A stretch of DNA of 64,000 nucleotides from Spizellomyces punctatus DAOM BR117 (Eukaryota). The notes beneath the pieces are model-generated. The model worked only from the letters and a program-made list of their open reading frames with translations, was not told the origin of the DNA and did not search any database. Below are positions 36,947-49,450 of the stretch, one piece after another (positions within the stretch are counted from its first letter, which is position 1; the number at the start of each line of letters is the position of its first letter). The position numbers and the translations under genes were made by a program. The stretch is from NCBI GenBank assembly GCA_000182565.2, contig KQ257450.1; one strand, given 5' to 3'.

Positions 36947-37379
36947 ATGTTGCCGACCAACAAACTCGTTGAGGATGCCCTCAGCGAGAACAAAGTCGTA
37001 GTATGTGTGGTGCCCCTAAATGGAATTGTAGCAGCATCGTATAATCTCCTAACGCTCTCCGCAGGTGTTTTCAAAGACGTACTGTCCCTATTGCACCAAG
37101 GCTAAAAGGCTGCTGGATTTTCTTAATGTTGAATATGAATCTTTTGAGTTGGATGAGCGACTTGATGGCCAAGCTATTCAGAATTATCTAAAAGAAAAGA
37201 CTAGGCAGCGCACAGTTCCCAATATCTTTATCAATGGACAGCATCTTGGTGAGTTTCGTTGTTGCAAGGCGACTGTCGACAAGCAGTGTAATGTACGCAT
37301 GGCGTACTTTTTAGGCGGAAGTGACAAACTTCATGAGGCTCACGCTAGCGGTAAACTGCAGCTCCTTCTTGCACCGTAG
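36947..37379 (+). CDS. Dithiol glutaredoxin
   Basis: VFSKTYCPYC, QRTVPNIFINGQHL/GGSD; 2 introns. Confidence 0.95.
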
Positions 37380-37825
37380 GTCATCAGTTTCCAGTGCATT
37401 TTATGGTTTGCTCTCGAGCTAATGTCGCTCCTTGTCAAGAATATCATCATCTCTGTAACATAACAGTCATTAAGATATCATCATCTGTATCATAGATTGG
37501 AATAATCATGTTGCGCCATGGCTCTATCGAAGCACGGATTGCACGTCGTTCAGTTGCGTTCTAAAGGACTTTCCATTTGCCTTTCAGGCTGGCTTTCCGG
37601 AAGCTGCAACTGCAAGCAGCACTGTGCAGGATGAACAAGTGCATGGAGGCCACGTCCTGTCACGGGATGCTGGCGGGGTGCACGCTCTGTTCCCTTGTCG
37701 CGGCGGTGAGATTTTCGGAGAGTAATTGAGGTCGAGAAAGATAGCAGAGTAGATCACACTGGCGCAATCGGCAAAAGCAAGCAAAAGTTTTCAGGCCCTT
37801 ACGGTCTGCATCCAAATTCCCGTGA

Positions 37826-39177
37826 ATGACATCCCAAACTCCAAGTCCCAGTCTGCATGACCTGAATGATGACTGCTTGCTGCTGATCCTTTCGTACCTC
37901 AGCGGCCCTGAGCTTGTAGCTATTACAAGGTGAATAGCCCTCCAGACAATGTGTGAAATCAGCGTACTAAAATTTGTTATCCGAAATTTAGAACCTCTCG
38001 TCGCATTCGACAAGTAGTTGAGAGTCCTGAGCTTTGGCGGCATTGCGCGATCAGCGGGCAGGTCTTGTCTGCAACTGCGTTTGTGGAAAAAGCGCTGTGT
38101 CCTAGAGCCGCGCACGTCAAGGGTTTGACATTGGTCGAGTAAGTGTGCATGTTTGATAGCATAGTAGTACATGTCCCGCTTTGGACTGACATCCTCGAAC
38201 GACAGCGTGTGTGCTCCTCCACTTTTACCACCAGATAATGATCTGTCCCGACACCTCGTAACAACCTTCTTTGCTGCTCTTGATACCCTTCTCTCCAAAT
38301 GCGGAAATAATCTCCATACCCTCGTCATTAGCGACACAGACGAGTCCTTCTTCTTTAGTAATTTTAATGTCTTGTTTGAAAGTGTCGCCCAGTATGCGCG
38401 GCACTTGAAGCGAATTGTGTTGGCTGGGACCGAAGAAACGGTTTATGTTGGGGATAGCAATATGTTGATTCTGATCATGGGATGCGGGGAAGTGGAAGAG
38501 TTTGTCGACGCCCAGGCGTTTGGGATGACCGCTCCGGTAGGAAAATTTCTCTTAGCTTGTTGTTCGCTGAACTTCTTTGTTAAATCCTTATTGGAATGCC
38601 CCGCCAGGCTTTGAACATGATGGTAGATGGCTGGAAATCTCTCCGCGCCCTGTCTCTCAACACTGAACTTCAGCATATCCGTCTCTTTACGCTGAACATT
38701 GGCCAGTTTCGATCCCGACTCAGATCTCTGTCAGTCACACATTTTTGGGAACCCCTCAATGCACAGGAAAACCTTTTCGCTTTTGCGGAAGCGTTGAAAA
38801 AGTTGCCGGAGCTGTCGCGCATTTCCATCGATTTACAAATGACAAAGTTTGCTGATGGTTTGCGCGCGAGTGACTGGGAAGTGATTTTGGATGCATGTCC
38901 GAATGTTCGAGAGGTGGAATATGTGGTATGCATTGAGGCATATTTTGAAGATATGGAAGAGGTTGCTCTTTCTGGGACGGAATCCACCCAGACAGTTACG
39001 GGCGAATACTTGCATTCGTGGTCCTCGGACGACTCGAAAGCCCTTCTCGATCGGGTTCGAGTTGAGGACGCGAGAAACACAACCGCACATCAGAGACGGT
39101 TCTTTCACATCCTGGACGAGATCAAGGTGCTCTGCAAAAAGCGGCGGATTCGCCTTCTACTAAAATGGTCCATATAG
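37826..39177 (+). CDS. F-box protein with RNI/LRR-like C-terminus
   Basis: LHDLNDDCLLLILSYLSGPELVAIT/RTSRRIRQVVESPELW, followed by LxxLxL repeats. Confidence 0.75.
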
Positions 39178-39448
39178 AAACCCTGTACAAATAATAGCAG
39201 CATCCTTGTATATAATGTAACAAACCAACACAATTTGCAAATATCCGAAACAAATAATCATTGTCCTTTATATAGATAACACCAGAGTCCCTTAATGCTA
39301 CATTTAACGCAATTCGTACGCTATAAAAATCCAGACACAAAGTCATAAAAGAGAATATCATCCATCCGCAAAGCACCCAATTCTCATCAGATAAATAATT
39401 TGTTTTGCCTACCCGCCTACTGGCATTGTTTGCTAGTCAACGATTAAG

Positions 39449-41046
39449 CTAGGGTATCTGTCGTTGACAAGTACGTCGATGCACTGGCCCGCGGTGACCG
39501 TCATGGTATCCGTTCATCATGAGAGAGTGCGCAGGGTGATATGCTGAAAACGAGGCGGCCCGCGGCCGATTCATACCCACCAGAACGTGATCAGGAAGGC
39601 GACGATGGTTGTCTGGCACCGACAATTGGTGCAAAGGGTTCCAGTTTAGGCTCGGACCGACGGTAGCCACGTGCTTTGACCTTGTCTCTTCACCCACTTT
39701 GCCCCATGTGAAACCTTGCCTCTCATTGGGATGGAGGCCAGAACCAGGTCGCAGGCCAGAGTAGGACAGCATCTTGAGATGACTACTTTCGACCCTTCCT
39801 GGATGTAACGATGTGCCCTTCAAAAGCGCCCACGAAGCCTGCAAAAGATTATTGGAGGGTATTTGGGGAGTCTCCGGGCTGCTTCCCGCCGAAGGACTGT
39901 TTACGAGTGTCCGACTGCCAGGAGTGATGTGTCCATCAGCAGGAGACCCATCGCTGAGAAAGGAGACTTCTTCCTCAAATGAGGATTCATTGACCCAAGT
40001 GTTCTCGTCCTCTTCTTGTGTGGCAGCGCGCACCGGTGGCGGTTTGGGCACTCCAGGCGCAAGATCGAATGGGCGTGGCCAAAGGCGAGCTTGCGACTCG
40101 GCCAATAACATCTCAAAATCGTTTCTAATATCAGCGTCTAGTTGTTCAATGCTCTCACGGTTTAGGAAACTGTACTCTTCATGTGCCTTTTGCACGAACC
40201 GGGGGATGGGCGCCGGCGGGTACAGCTTTGGCCCGGCTTGATAAAACGGCTGAAGATTGTTTAGGTTGTTCATCATCAACTTCTCTCGTTCAACAGTAAG
40301 GAGGTCTTCATCATCTAGTTTAGCATTTTTAGCGTAGCTCACTACGAGGTTTGTCTCTTGGCGGAGTCGTCTCCAGCACTTTGAGGCTGCTTGATCAGTC
40401 TCAAAGAATACGTAACCGTATTTCCCGTGAAACTCAACTTTCAAGAAGCTTGATCCAAAAAAAAAAAAAGATTAGAACATACACAGAACAGGGCATCACA
40501 GGCATGCTTACCCAGGGAAAGAACGGAACACTTTGCACATCTCTTCCTTTGAATAATTTGTAGGCAAATGAGTGACATGGATGACCTTACAGCGGGAGCT
40601 CTCTTCTTCTGGTTGCGGGTATGGAACTTTGTAGTTTTTCTGTGCAGGCTCGAGTGTGATGACACCTTGAGGGGCTGGGATGGACAATGCCCGCCGGGCA
40701 GACTCTGGGTCAACGAAGCGGACAAAACAGTAGTGATCGTAGAATGCAAAGAGCTCAAATCCTAGGTAGTTCCGAAAGTACAGATAGAGCTCTCCTCGAT
40801 CAGTCATCCCTGGGCTAGTGAATCAAGCGTTTTGATGAGATACTTTCAAAGGCATTAAATTGAAGTAGCGACACTTTACCGGTATGCGATATGCACCGTA
40901 TTGGTGTCCGGTTGCGACGAAGGGACTTGCATACGAGTGGGACACGAGACAGCTCTTGGTCGGAGCTGGTGGGTGTACATTGGGCTGTAAACCGTGTTGT
41001 TGTTAAGGTTCGGGTTGGCAGACTTGTACATGTTTACAGGTTGCAT
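39449..41046 (-). CDS. RNA-binding protein with two RRM-like domains and a long low-complexity tail
   Basis: YCFVRFVDPESARRAL; VIHVTHLP..GYVFFETDQAA..VSYAK; start codon uncertain. Confidence 0.7.
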
Positions 41047-41501
41047 ATCAGCTCGCCAAGATAACTTTACAATTAAATAGCAAAGAGGAACAGCAAGTAT
41101 GTAATATGAGAAAAGGAAAAGAATTTATCGGGAAAAGAACAAGGCGAAAAAGTGCTGACGACAAGTCAAAAGGACTTTGTCGCGGCGGTCGTCGTCAGAA
41201 AGCAATATGTACAGAAAAGAGAGCGGATTGCAAATAAGAAAATAACACGCGGCGCGTTGAGGGAAAGCCAGCTCTATCACCACGGGCGACAAAACGACGG
41301 CATCAAGGGGGGGCACGATGGGGGGGAGGAGGAGGGCGAAATCGGCAGGATGGAAAAGGGGAAAACGAGGACACTCCACGAAGGATATCACACTTCGCTC
41401 CGTCGAGTCCGAACACTGTCCAAATTGGGTTACATTACGCTTAGTATGAATTCTTTTTGTCTGCAACGCTTTGAAGGTTTCTTCTTTGTGTTGAAAACAT
41501 C

Positions 41502-42850
41502 ATGCTGCGGTTTGAAGGCCACAATTACTTTCGGCAACGGTTGCTGCTGGCGACTCTCAGCAACCAGCCTGTTCGCATTGACAAGATCCGGTCGGAAGAC
41601 GAGGACCACCCGGGATTGGCTGGTGAGAAGGAGGCATCGTCCAAAAGGGTTGTCGAAATGTCAGCTAACAACATGAAATTGTCTAGACTATGAAGCAAGC
41701 TTTCTTCGCCTGCTGGAAAAGGCCACGAACGGCGCAACCATCGAGATTTCGTATACGGGCACGACAGTAGTATACCGTCCAGGTGTCATTATCGGCGGCA
41801 AGGTGCATCATGACTGTCCTCCGTCGCGGGCCATTGGTTATTTTTTGGAACCCATGATTGCACTTGGACCTTTTGGCAAATATCCCTTGCAGCTGACACT
41901 GACGGGTATTACGAATGATAATGTGGATGTATCTGTGGACTCTTTGAGAACGGTTCTTTTGCCGCATCTGAGACGGTTTGGTGTGGAGGAAGATTTGGAG
42001 CTAAAGGTGGGTTCACATGCTGCCTTTGGAAACTGCCAACGCTCTTAACAAACTGCCGCTTTTGTAGATTAGCAAACGAGGAGCACCGCCAAAAGGGGGC
42101 GGCGAGGTCTTTTTCCGCTCTCCAATCGTGCGCCAACTCAAACCCGTACAATTTATTGAGGAGGGCCAAATCAAACGCATTCGAGGCATTGCGTACGCAA
42201 CTCGAATTTCACCACAAATGGCAAACCGAACTGTTGAGGCCTCTCGTAGCATGCTGACACAGTTCATCCCGGACGTTTATATTTACACCGATGTCTACAA
42301 GGGACCGGAGAGCGGTTTATCACCTGGATATGCGCTGACACTGGTCGCGGAATCAACGACTGGAGCATTGCTTTCTGCAGAATGTGCCTTTCAACCACGG
42401 CGACCGACAACCGGTGTGGATAATGGCGACGAAGCGAGTACACGAGGCGTGGAGGCCATGCTTGTAAATGACTACCACTTTGCGACCCCAGAAGATCTCG
42501 GCGTGCATACAACTCGAGTTCTCCTGGAAGAAATCAAAAAGGGCGGATGCTTTGACACTGTGAGTCAGTGGCTGGGCGTATTGTTCTTGGCGCTTGGGCC
42601 AGAAGATGTTGGTAAAATCCGCATCGCAAAGCTTTCTCCTTTCACGTAAGCTATCACATCTGTTGTCATCATCATTTACCTTGCGATGCATTTTCTAACG
42701 TGTCTCTGGATCCATAGAATACAATACCTGCGCGATATCAAGACTTTCCTTGGTCTTACCTTTAAAATTACGCCTGACCACAGCAACCAGACAGTAATAT
42801 TGACCTGTCTTGGGGTTGGGTACACCAACGTCAACAAGAGGGTCGCATAA
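41502..42850 (+). CDS. RCL1: RNA 3'-terminal phosphate cyclase-like 18S rRNA biogenesis protein
   Basis: FEGHNYFRQRLLLATLS, RAIGYFLEP, GITND, KRGAPPKGGGEV, KRIRGIAY, SPGYALTLVAES, GVGYTN. Confidence 0.96.
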
Positions 42851-43606
42851 GTTTCTTAAGGGCGATAGACTCGTTTGTATAGTTTTTAATAGCTGCACCT
42901 TTCCAGTAGATTGTATATAGATAACGCGTATATGCTTAGATCCGACAACCCAGTGTCATACTGCTGTGACATGCGCAATTGAAGGAAACAATAGCTTTTT
43001 GTACACACGAAGGTGACAACAGTACGGCAAGGATGACTAATGGCAACAGACAAAGAGGCATTTGAAACAAGGCAGATGCTGCCGATAATATATTTCCAAT
43101 GCACTCAGTAGTTACAAGTTTCGATGCGAGGTCGATTCCTTTTGGTGACAGTCTCATCCTTTCTTACCTACGATGGTTAGAAGCCTTGCATCAGTAAAGA
43201 AACAAGGACGTGTACAGAACTAGCAGAATTGCAGGATGCGCTCAGAACGTGATAATATGGCTCCTATCAAAAAGTTTGTCTTCAAAAGAAGAGCCGAAGC
43301 TGGTCTTCCAGTGCAAGGATGTGTTTCTTCATTGCGCATCCCACCCGCATACTCCCAGCTATCCTTCATAGCTTACCTTTGCGTACATGCGTGTTCCTTC
43401 AATCAGTCCCCGATGCAAATCAACAAACCCCATTCCTAGAATAAACTTGGCCTTTTGCCTCAAAACCGATCTGCTTATGTAATTTTTCCTAGCCATCTGA
43501 TTGGCTGAAATCGCGCTCGTCGTGACCCGTTGGATTAAAAGTCGCTCTCGGCAGATCAAAGCAAGTCCCTCCTTTCGCTTTGTCCACATAGTCGAACGGG
43601 GCAACT

Positions 43607-44852
43607 ATGGGTAAGTTTCTGAGGGATTTCATCCATCCATCCATCGGTCCATCCATCCGTTTGACGTTGAAAGGAAAGAGAGCGTTGGGGCGGCGAGGCG
43701 AAGGAATAGTGTGTGGTTGGAGCGAGTGGACAGGAATGGGACGAGGAGAGCATGACGAGCGCACATGTAGAACATGTGCATGCTACTTGACGACAAGCTG
43801 AGAACCTGAAGGGGGGGAGAATAGCATGGGAGTTGAGAGAAGCAGAATGATAGCAAGCGAGCGTCCTCAGTTTGCAACAATGGCATTGAAGTGTAGATCT
43901 GGCCAAGTTGAAGGCGACAAGCTGGAGCAGTGCGTTGTTGTAAATAGATAGAGCGTTGAAGCACGGACATAAGGAGAGGACACCCAGTCGTCAGCTTACA
44001 TTACCGGTGGATGGGCGAAGACGACAAGTACCGATGGAATGGACTGGAATGAACTGTATCACTTTGTTGCGAACCAGCGCTAACTGCAATTCACTTGTTA
44101 GGTATCAGCCGGGACAGCCGTCACAAGCGCGCGCACACTGGTGCCAAGCGGGCCCAGTACCGCAAGAAGAGGAAGTTCGAACTTGGTCGTCAGGCTGCCA
44201 ACACCAAGATTGGTGCCAAGCGTATTCACACCGTCCGTGTGCGTGGTGGAAACATCAAGTTCAGGGCCTTGCGCTTGGACACTGGTGAGTTTGTGACAGA
44301 TATCTCTGCTCACTTCAATGAACAACACGACTGATGAACCATCTTAGGTAACTTCTCGTGGGGATCTGAGGCTTCCACCCGCAAGGCTCGTATCATCCGG
44401 GTCGTGTACAACGCCTCGAACAACGAGCTTGTTCGTACCAACACCTTGGTGAAGGGTGCTATCATTGAGATCGACGCTGCTCCCTTCCGTCAATGGTACG
44501 AGTCCCACTACGCCATTCCCATCGGCCGTAGGGCACAAAAGACCGGTGCGGAGGCGACCGCTGAGGACCCTCTCAACAAGAAGCGCTCCAACCACGTTCT
44601 CCGCAAGATTGAATCCCGCAAGGAGCAGTCCAAGGTTGACCAGGCTCTTGCGGACCAGTTCGCTGCTGGTCGTGTTCTTGGTGGGTTTTGTTTTTTCCTT
44701 GATTTTCCCTTTATGTAATTCTAACCGGGTTTGCTGTCTTTTTAGCACGTATCTCCTCCCGCCCTGGTCAGTCTGGCCGTGCTGATGGATACATTTTGGA
44801 GGGGAAGGAGTTGGACTTCTACGTTCGTAGGTTGAAGGCTCGTAAGGCATAA
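43607..44852 (+). CDS. RPS8: 40S ribosomal protein S8 (eS8)
   Basis: ATGG/intron 43611-44101/[54 protein letters not shown]. Confidence 0.98.
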
Positions 44853-45218
44853 GAGAATTACAATTCCATTTATTTGTGTACAGAACATGCCCTTTGGTTG
44901 CGTGACCGTTGTGTTGTTGTGATTGCATTATATTGTTGCCGCATGTCTTTTTAAAGATGGTTTGCTCCTGATTGGAAGTTCCTACTGCTAAAACTCGCAT
45001 GTTTGCCCTGTAACAGGATGTCAGCACAATTTGCGCGTGTTGCTCAAGACAATTCAATTTCGGGACTAATTTATTGAAATAACCGACATTGCTGCTGAAC
45101 CAGCACCAGCGCCTTCTTACAAATGAGGGGAGGAAAACCACAAATTACCAATACAATAACGCTACACACACACGTCTCTATATTTGAATTGAATTCAAGC
45201 CCCGGGAATAGCTGCATT

Positions 45219-45908
45219 TCATTCCAATTTGCCCGTCACCACCATCCCATTTGCAGCAGTAGGGTCCTGCACGACATGAACGGCCCCATATCCACCATAC
45301 TTGACCAAAATCGGTCGAATCGCTTGACGGTAAACAGCCAAGGATCCATTGCGCGCAAAGAGCCAGTAGAGGATGAGCATTTTAGGAACGTAGTAGTATC
45401 GGATGTAGGACATCACTTTTTCGTGATAGGTGTCTAGGAGGGTAAACAATCCAAAAATGGACCCTGTTTGGGAAGAAATGCATGAGGCAATGCACTTTGC
45501 CAAGACAAAATCTCAAAAGGCACACGTACAATAAGTTAACCACCGTTCATCATCATCAGCCTCGGGCCGCTCGACTCCCTTGATGCTCTGCCAAGCCGGA
45601 TATAATACACCGACCAAATTCGTCAACAACAAAGGCTGCCTCTTGAGCATCCTCCTGAGCCCAACCAACGCCACCGCGCCAGCCAGGGCGACAACGGACA
45701 TGGGGGGTATACCCAACTTTTTGTGAATGGCGACCAACACAGCGTTTTGGTGTGCTCGGTGTTCAGTGGTGGCCACTCTTGGGAGCAGGCGCGTTCTCAA
45801 GAGGGCAAAAACGGGGGCGAGGGACGTGGCTTCACCCTTGGTTATGGTCCGGGTGAGGAACGTTGTGGCGGGAAGGGGCGTCGGGGAGGTGATGATGGGT
45901 TCCGTCAT
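45219..45908 (-). CDS. TB2/DP1/HVA22 (Yop1/REEP) ER-shaping protein
   Basis: NLVGVLYPAWQSIKGVE...DDERWLTY/WSIFG..YYYVPKMLILYWL..GSLAVY..IRP. Confidence 0.88.
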
Positions 45909-46349
45909 GTTTGAAGGAAAAGGGGGTGGAGTCTCTAGCAAAAAGTGTTTTTTGTATTCTTATCAGGAAATGGTTGTAACCCAGCAAAAGATTCCAAAAT
46001 ACTTACAGATCAAAAGAAATACGGTGGGCAGCGGGTACTTGCTTCTCTACCAACCAAAAAGTATGGTGGTTAGAATCTCGCTAGCACTCTCAAGACAAAG
46101 ACGTTCGAAAACAAACCCGCAAAACTCAAGACGATGATGATGTCGCTCACCTTTTGGCAAAAACCTCCGTCGTCGCCCCTTTAGTTTTTTTTTTTAAAAA
46201 AAGTTAGCGGTTGAAAGTCGGTCAGAAACGCGTGAAAATGCAAGTCATGAGAGCTGCACAATGTGGTTGTGATGGATGGAATGTGGATGGAGGGCATTGT
46301 CTGGTTTGTTCTGGTGGGAAGGCTATTTGCAAGTAATTGTTGATCGGCT

Positions 46350-46372
46350 GACGACGACGACGACGACGACGA
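46350..46372. repeat. (GAC)n microsatellite in the divergent Yop1/BPL1 intergenic region
   Basis: Directly visible. Confidence 0.9.
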
Positions 46373-46491
46373 CAAGAAGGATAGCAACGACGATAGTGAC
46401 AGTGCTTGTTCGTTCTTTATTTACGTGTTCCCGCAGTGTGGGGTCACCGCGACCTTGTCGTCTTTTCCGAGGCATTACCACTGGTATCCGC

Positions 46492-48650
46492 ATGAACGTT
46501 TTAGTGTACACTGGGCCAGGCACTGCCCGCGGCCCCGTCGACAATACCCTGCTCACTCTCAAATCCCTCCTCTCCGCCAACTACGATGTCATCCCCGTTG
46601 ATGCAGACACCCTCCTCAAGGAACCATGGCAAGACACAGCGGCGTGTTTGGTCATTCCTGGCGGGAGGGATCTCCCATATGTCGAGCATTTAGAGCCACA
46701 AGGAACGAGCGTCGTGAACGATTATGTGAGAGGCGGGGGAAGGTTTTTGGGGATTTGTGCTGGAGCTTATTTTGCCTGTCGTAGAGTTGAGTTTGAAGTC
46801 GGGAGGGAAGGCTACGAGGTTGTTGGGAAGAGAGACTTGGGATTTTGGCCGGGGACGGGAAAAGGGAGCATTGCTAACGGGTTTGTGTATGGGAGTGAAC
46901 AGGGGGCAAAGGCTGTGGATGTGAGGGTTGATACAAAGGTGCTGCCCGGGTGGGCAGGTCCAGAAGATCTTCATCTCTATGTCAATGGTGGACCGTGGTT
47001 TGCACTGGACTCGGATGTCAAGGCAGATGATCAACCCAACATCTTGGCATGGTACACTAACTCTTTGGAAAGCATGACGCCCAAACCCGCCATTGTTGAA
47101 TGCGCCATCGAAAAAGGCCGCGCAATCTTGTCCGGACCTCACATCGAGTACCGTATCGATACCTCAAAGCACAGCGACCCGGACGTTCAACGTATCCTGG
47201 AACCCTTGTCTGCATCGGAATCGCTGCGTGTTCAGCTTGTCCGCAAGCTTCTGGAGAAACTGGGCCTTAAATTGAATGAGGAACAGCATGTCGGGCTTGT
47301 GGTTGAGGATATCCTGCGACCCAAGTTAAGTTTGATGCACTTGTGTTCGGATGAGGGCGGGCAGCGCTCGATTCATAAATTATTGGACGGACTCTGTGAA
47401 GGGAAGGTGGGTGACGCTGTGGAGGTTGAGGATAGCGTCAATGTTCTCCGATTCCAGCGGTCGAATGTGGGTGACGAAGCAGTTGTGGACGATCTAGCTA
47501 GCATGACCCTTGCCGACCACGACGACGCCACACCCGACGTCAAACCAACGGTGAACATCATCATACACTCGCCCCCGTCTCTTCCCAGTCCACAACAAGT
47601 CCCGACATTTGATTTGGCATATTACTTTTCCGTGCTGGCACGGGCGCGAGAGGACAAGCATGAACGTGCAGCAAGTGGGGGATTTGGCTCGAGCATTCTG
47701 TACGGGGAAGTCGTTGGGTCCACACAGACGCTTTTGGAAAGGTGGGTTAGAACTCAAGACTTGTAACTTTCTCCGTTTCAACGGGCTGAGATCCGCTCAT
47801 GCGATATAGAAACCTCAAGCTTGCATCCAAGCTTCCCAACGGATTTGTGTGTGTCGCCACGCATCAAATAGCTGGCCGAGGTACCTATATATGATACTTC
47901 AGCTCCTCCTTCATTGTATAACGAATCATTTTTCCAGGACGAGGGCGGAACTCGTGGATATCCCAAACAGGATGCCTCATGTTCTCATTTGCTCTTGAAC
48001 ACTCTGATGCACGTTCCGTGATATTCGTCCAGTACCTAGTTGGGCTGGCGATTGTCGAGGCAGTTCGATCGCGACCCGGGTGTGAGGACCTTCCAGTCCA
48101 TCTTAAATGGCCAAACGATATTTACGCGCGCACTGGGGAGGGACCCGAAGGGCTCAAAAAGATTGGAGGCATCCTCGTGTCGTCGCACTTTAGTGGAGGT
48201 GCGTTCCGAATGGTCATTGGATGCGGTTTGAACGTTACGAATCCCCATCCGACCGTCTCCCTCGATGATGTGATTCGCGCACATGCGCGTCGATTGTCGA
48301 AAACGATTGCTCCCATTCGCCGCGAAGAAGTGTTGGGGCGATTCATGGTCTGTTTTGAGGACATGTACAAGGAGTTTGTTGATGCAGGACGAATCGAGTC
48401 GAGATTTGCGTACGCTTTTGAACCATTTCTGGAACGGTATTATTCTGCCTGGCTGCACAGCAACCAGCTCGTTACACTCGGATCGCTTGGACACGCTCTT
48501 GGGCGGATTACAGGTATTGATAAGAGTGGATTGTTGAGAGCTGTTGTGATGGAGGGTGAGGATGGAGTGACTGTGGGGCAAGAGTGCTTGCTACAACCGG
48601 ATGGCAATAGTTTTGACATGATGCGCGGGTTAATTACCCGCAAGCTTTGA
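46492..48650 (+). CDS. BPL1: Biotin-protein ligase (holocarboxylase synthetase) with N-terminal BPL_N domain
   Basis: MNVLVYTGPG, PGGRDLPY, LGICAGAY, STQTLL, QIAGR/GRGGNSWIS, LKWPNDIY, KIGGILV, LQPDGNSFDMMRGLI. Confidence 0.95.
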
Positions 48651-48809
48651 CGAGTCGCTTGAAGGAAGAAAACACTTATGTAGAAATGATGCATCGAACG
48701 TATATATATTCTCTGTCACATCCACTTTGACGAGTTGGCTAAAGAAAGAAAAACACTTGATATGTAGAAAAATAATGTATCGAAAACGTTTTATATATAT
48801 ATTCTCTGT
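48645..48809. repeat. Degenerate tandem duplication (period about 80 bp) at the BPL1 3' end
   Basis: CTTTGACGAGT..AAGAAAACACTT..ATGTAGAAA..ATCGAA..TATATATTCTCTGT begins at 48645 and again at 48725. Confidence 0.8.
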
Positions 48810-48898
48810 TTGCATTTTTGAATTGTATTTCTGTAGAATATATACACACACACAAAACCGTGTTGTTGGGACGAGCCTTGTTTAGACCCAACGACCCT

Positions 48899-49450
48899 TT
48901 ATTTCTCTTGGGTCTGGAAGAAATTGACAGCTTCCAATGTCATTCCTTTACGCTTGGCCCACTGATGAGCATTCCAACCCGTCCTCTTTCCCTCAAAGAC
49001 GCTCAACTCCATCCTGTCTTTTTGACGGTACAACAAAAAGACATATCTGTGCAGCCCAGTGCCGGTCTCGGGCTGCGGCTCCATAAACTCTGTCAGGTCC
49101 TCTCCTTTGTCAATGTTGCTGCCGGGAATGTTGGCGACGACCCAGTGGCGAATTTCACCTTGCGTCGGCTTTTCACGCGATGGCGCATCAGGATCGACCA
49201 TGATGAGGGTATAAAAGGCGTTTTCGTCTGCTGGCCACGACGCTGCGGGGGCCGAGAGACAGGCAGCAGAAGAAAGCTCTTTTCCCAGTGCAGCCTTTTT
49301 TCCGGACGGGAATTTGATGTTGAGCTCATAGGCAGGCTTGAAGTTGAGGGAATCTGGAATGACGTCTGGGATGACACCGTTGGATGTGAGAGCTTTTTGG
49401 AGCTTTGCGAGCGCTGCTTGAGCTTTTGCTTGAGCCTTTTCTGCGAGCAT
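48899..49450 (-). CDS. Phosphatidylethanolamine-binding protein (PEBP/Tfs1/OV-16 family), intronless
   Basis: VIPDVI, YTLIMVDPDAPSR, IRHWVVANIPG, TGLHRYVFLLYRQ. Confidence 0.95.
   Translation of the reverse strand: MLAEKAQAKAQAALAKLQKALTSNGVIPDVIPDSLNFKPAYELNIKFPSGKKAALGKELSSAACLSAPAASWPADENAFYTLIMVDPDAPSREKPTQGEIRHWVVANIPGSNIDKGEDLTEFMEPQPETGTGLHRYVFLLYRQKDRMELSVFEGKRTGWNAHQWAKRKGMTLEAVNFFQTQEK

Noticed and set aside
44344-45141. 265-aa minus-strand ORF
   Set aside because: Antisense shadow of codon-biased RPS8
46276-46491. N-terminal extension of the BPL1 ORF with poly-Thr
   Set aside because: Non-ATG start reading through a (GAC)n microsatellite; the family-typical start is MNVLVY at 46492
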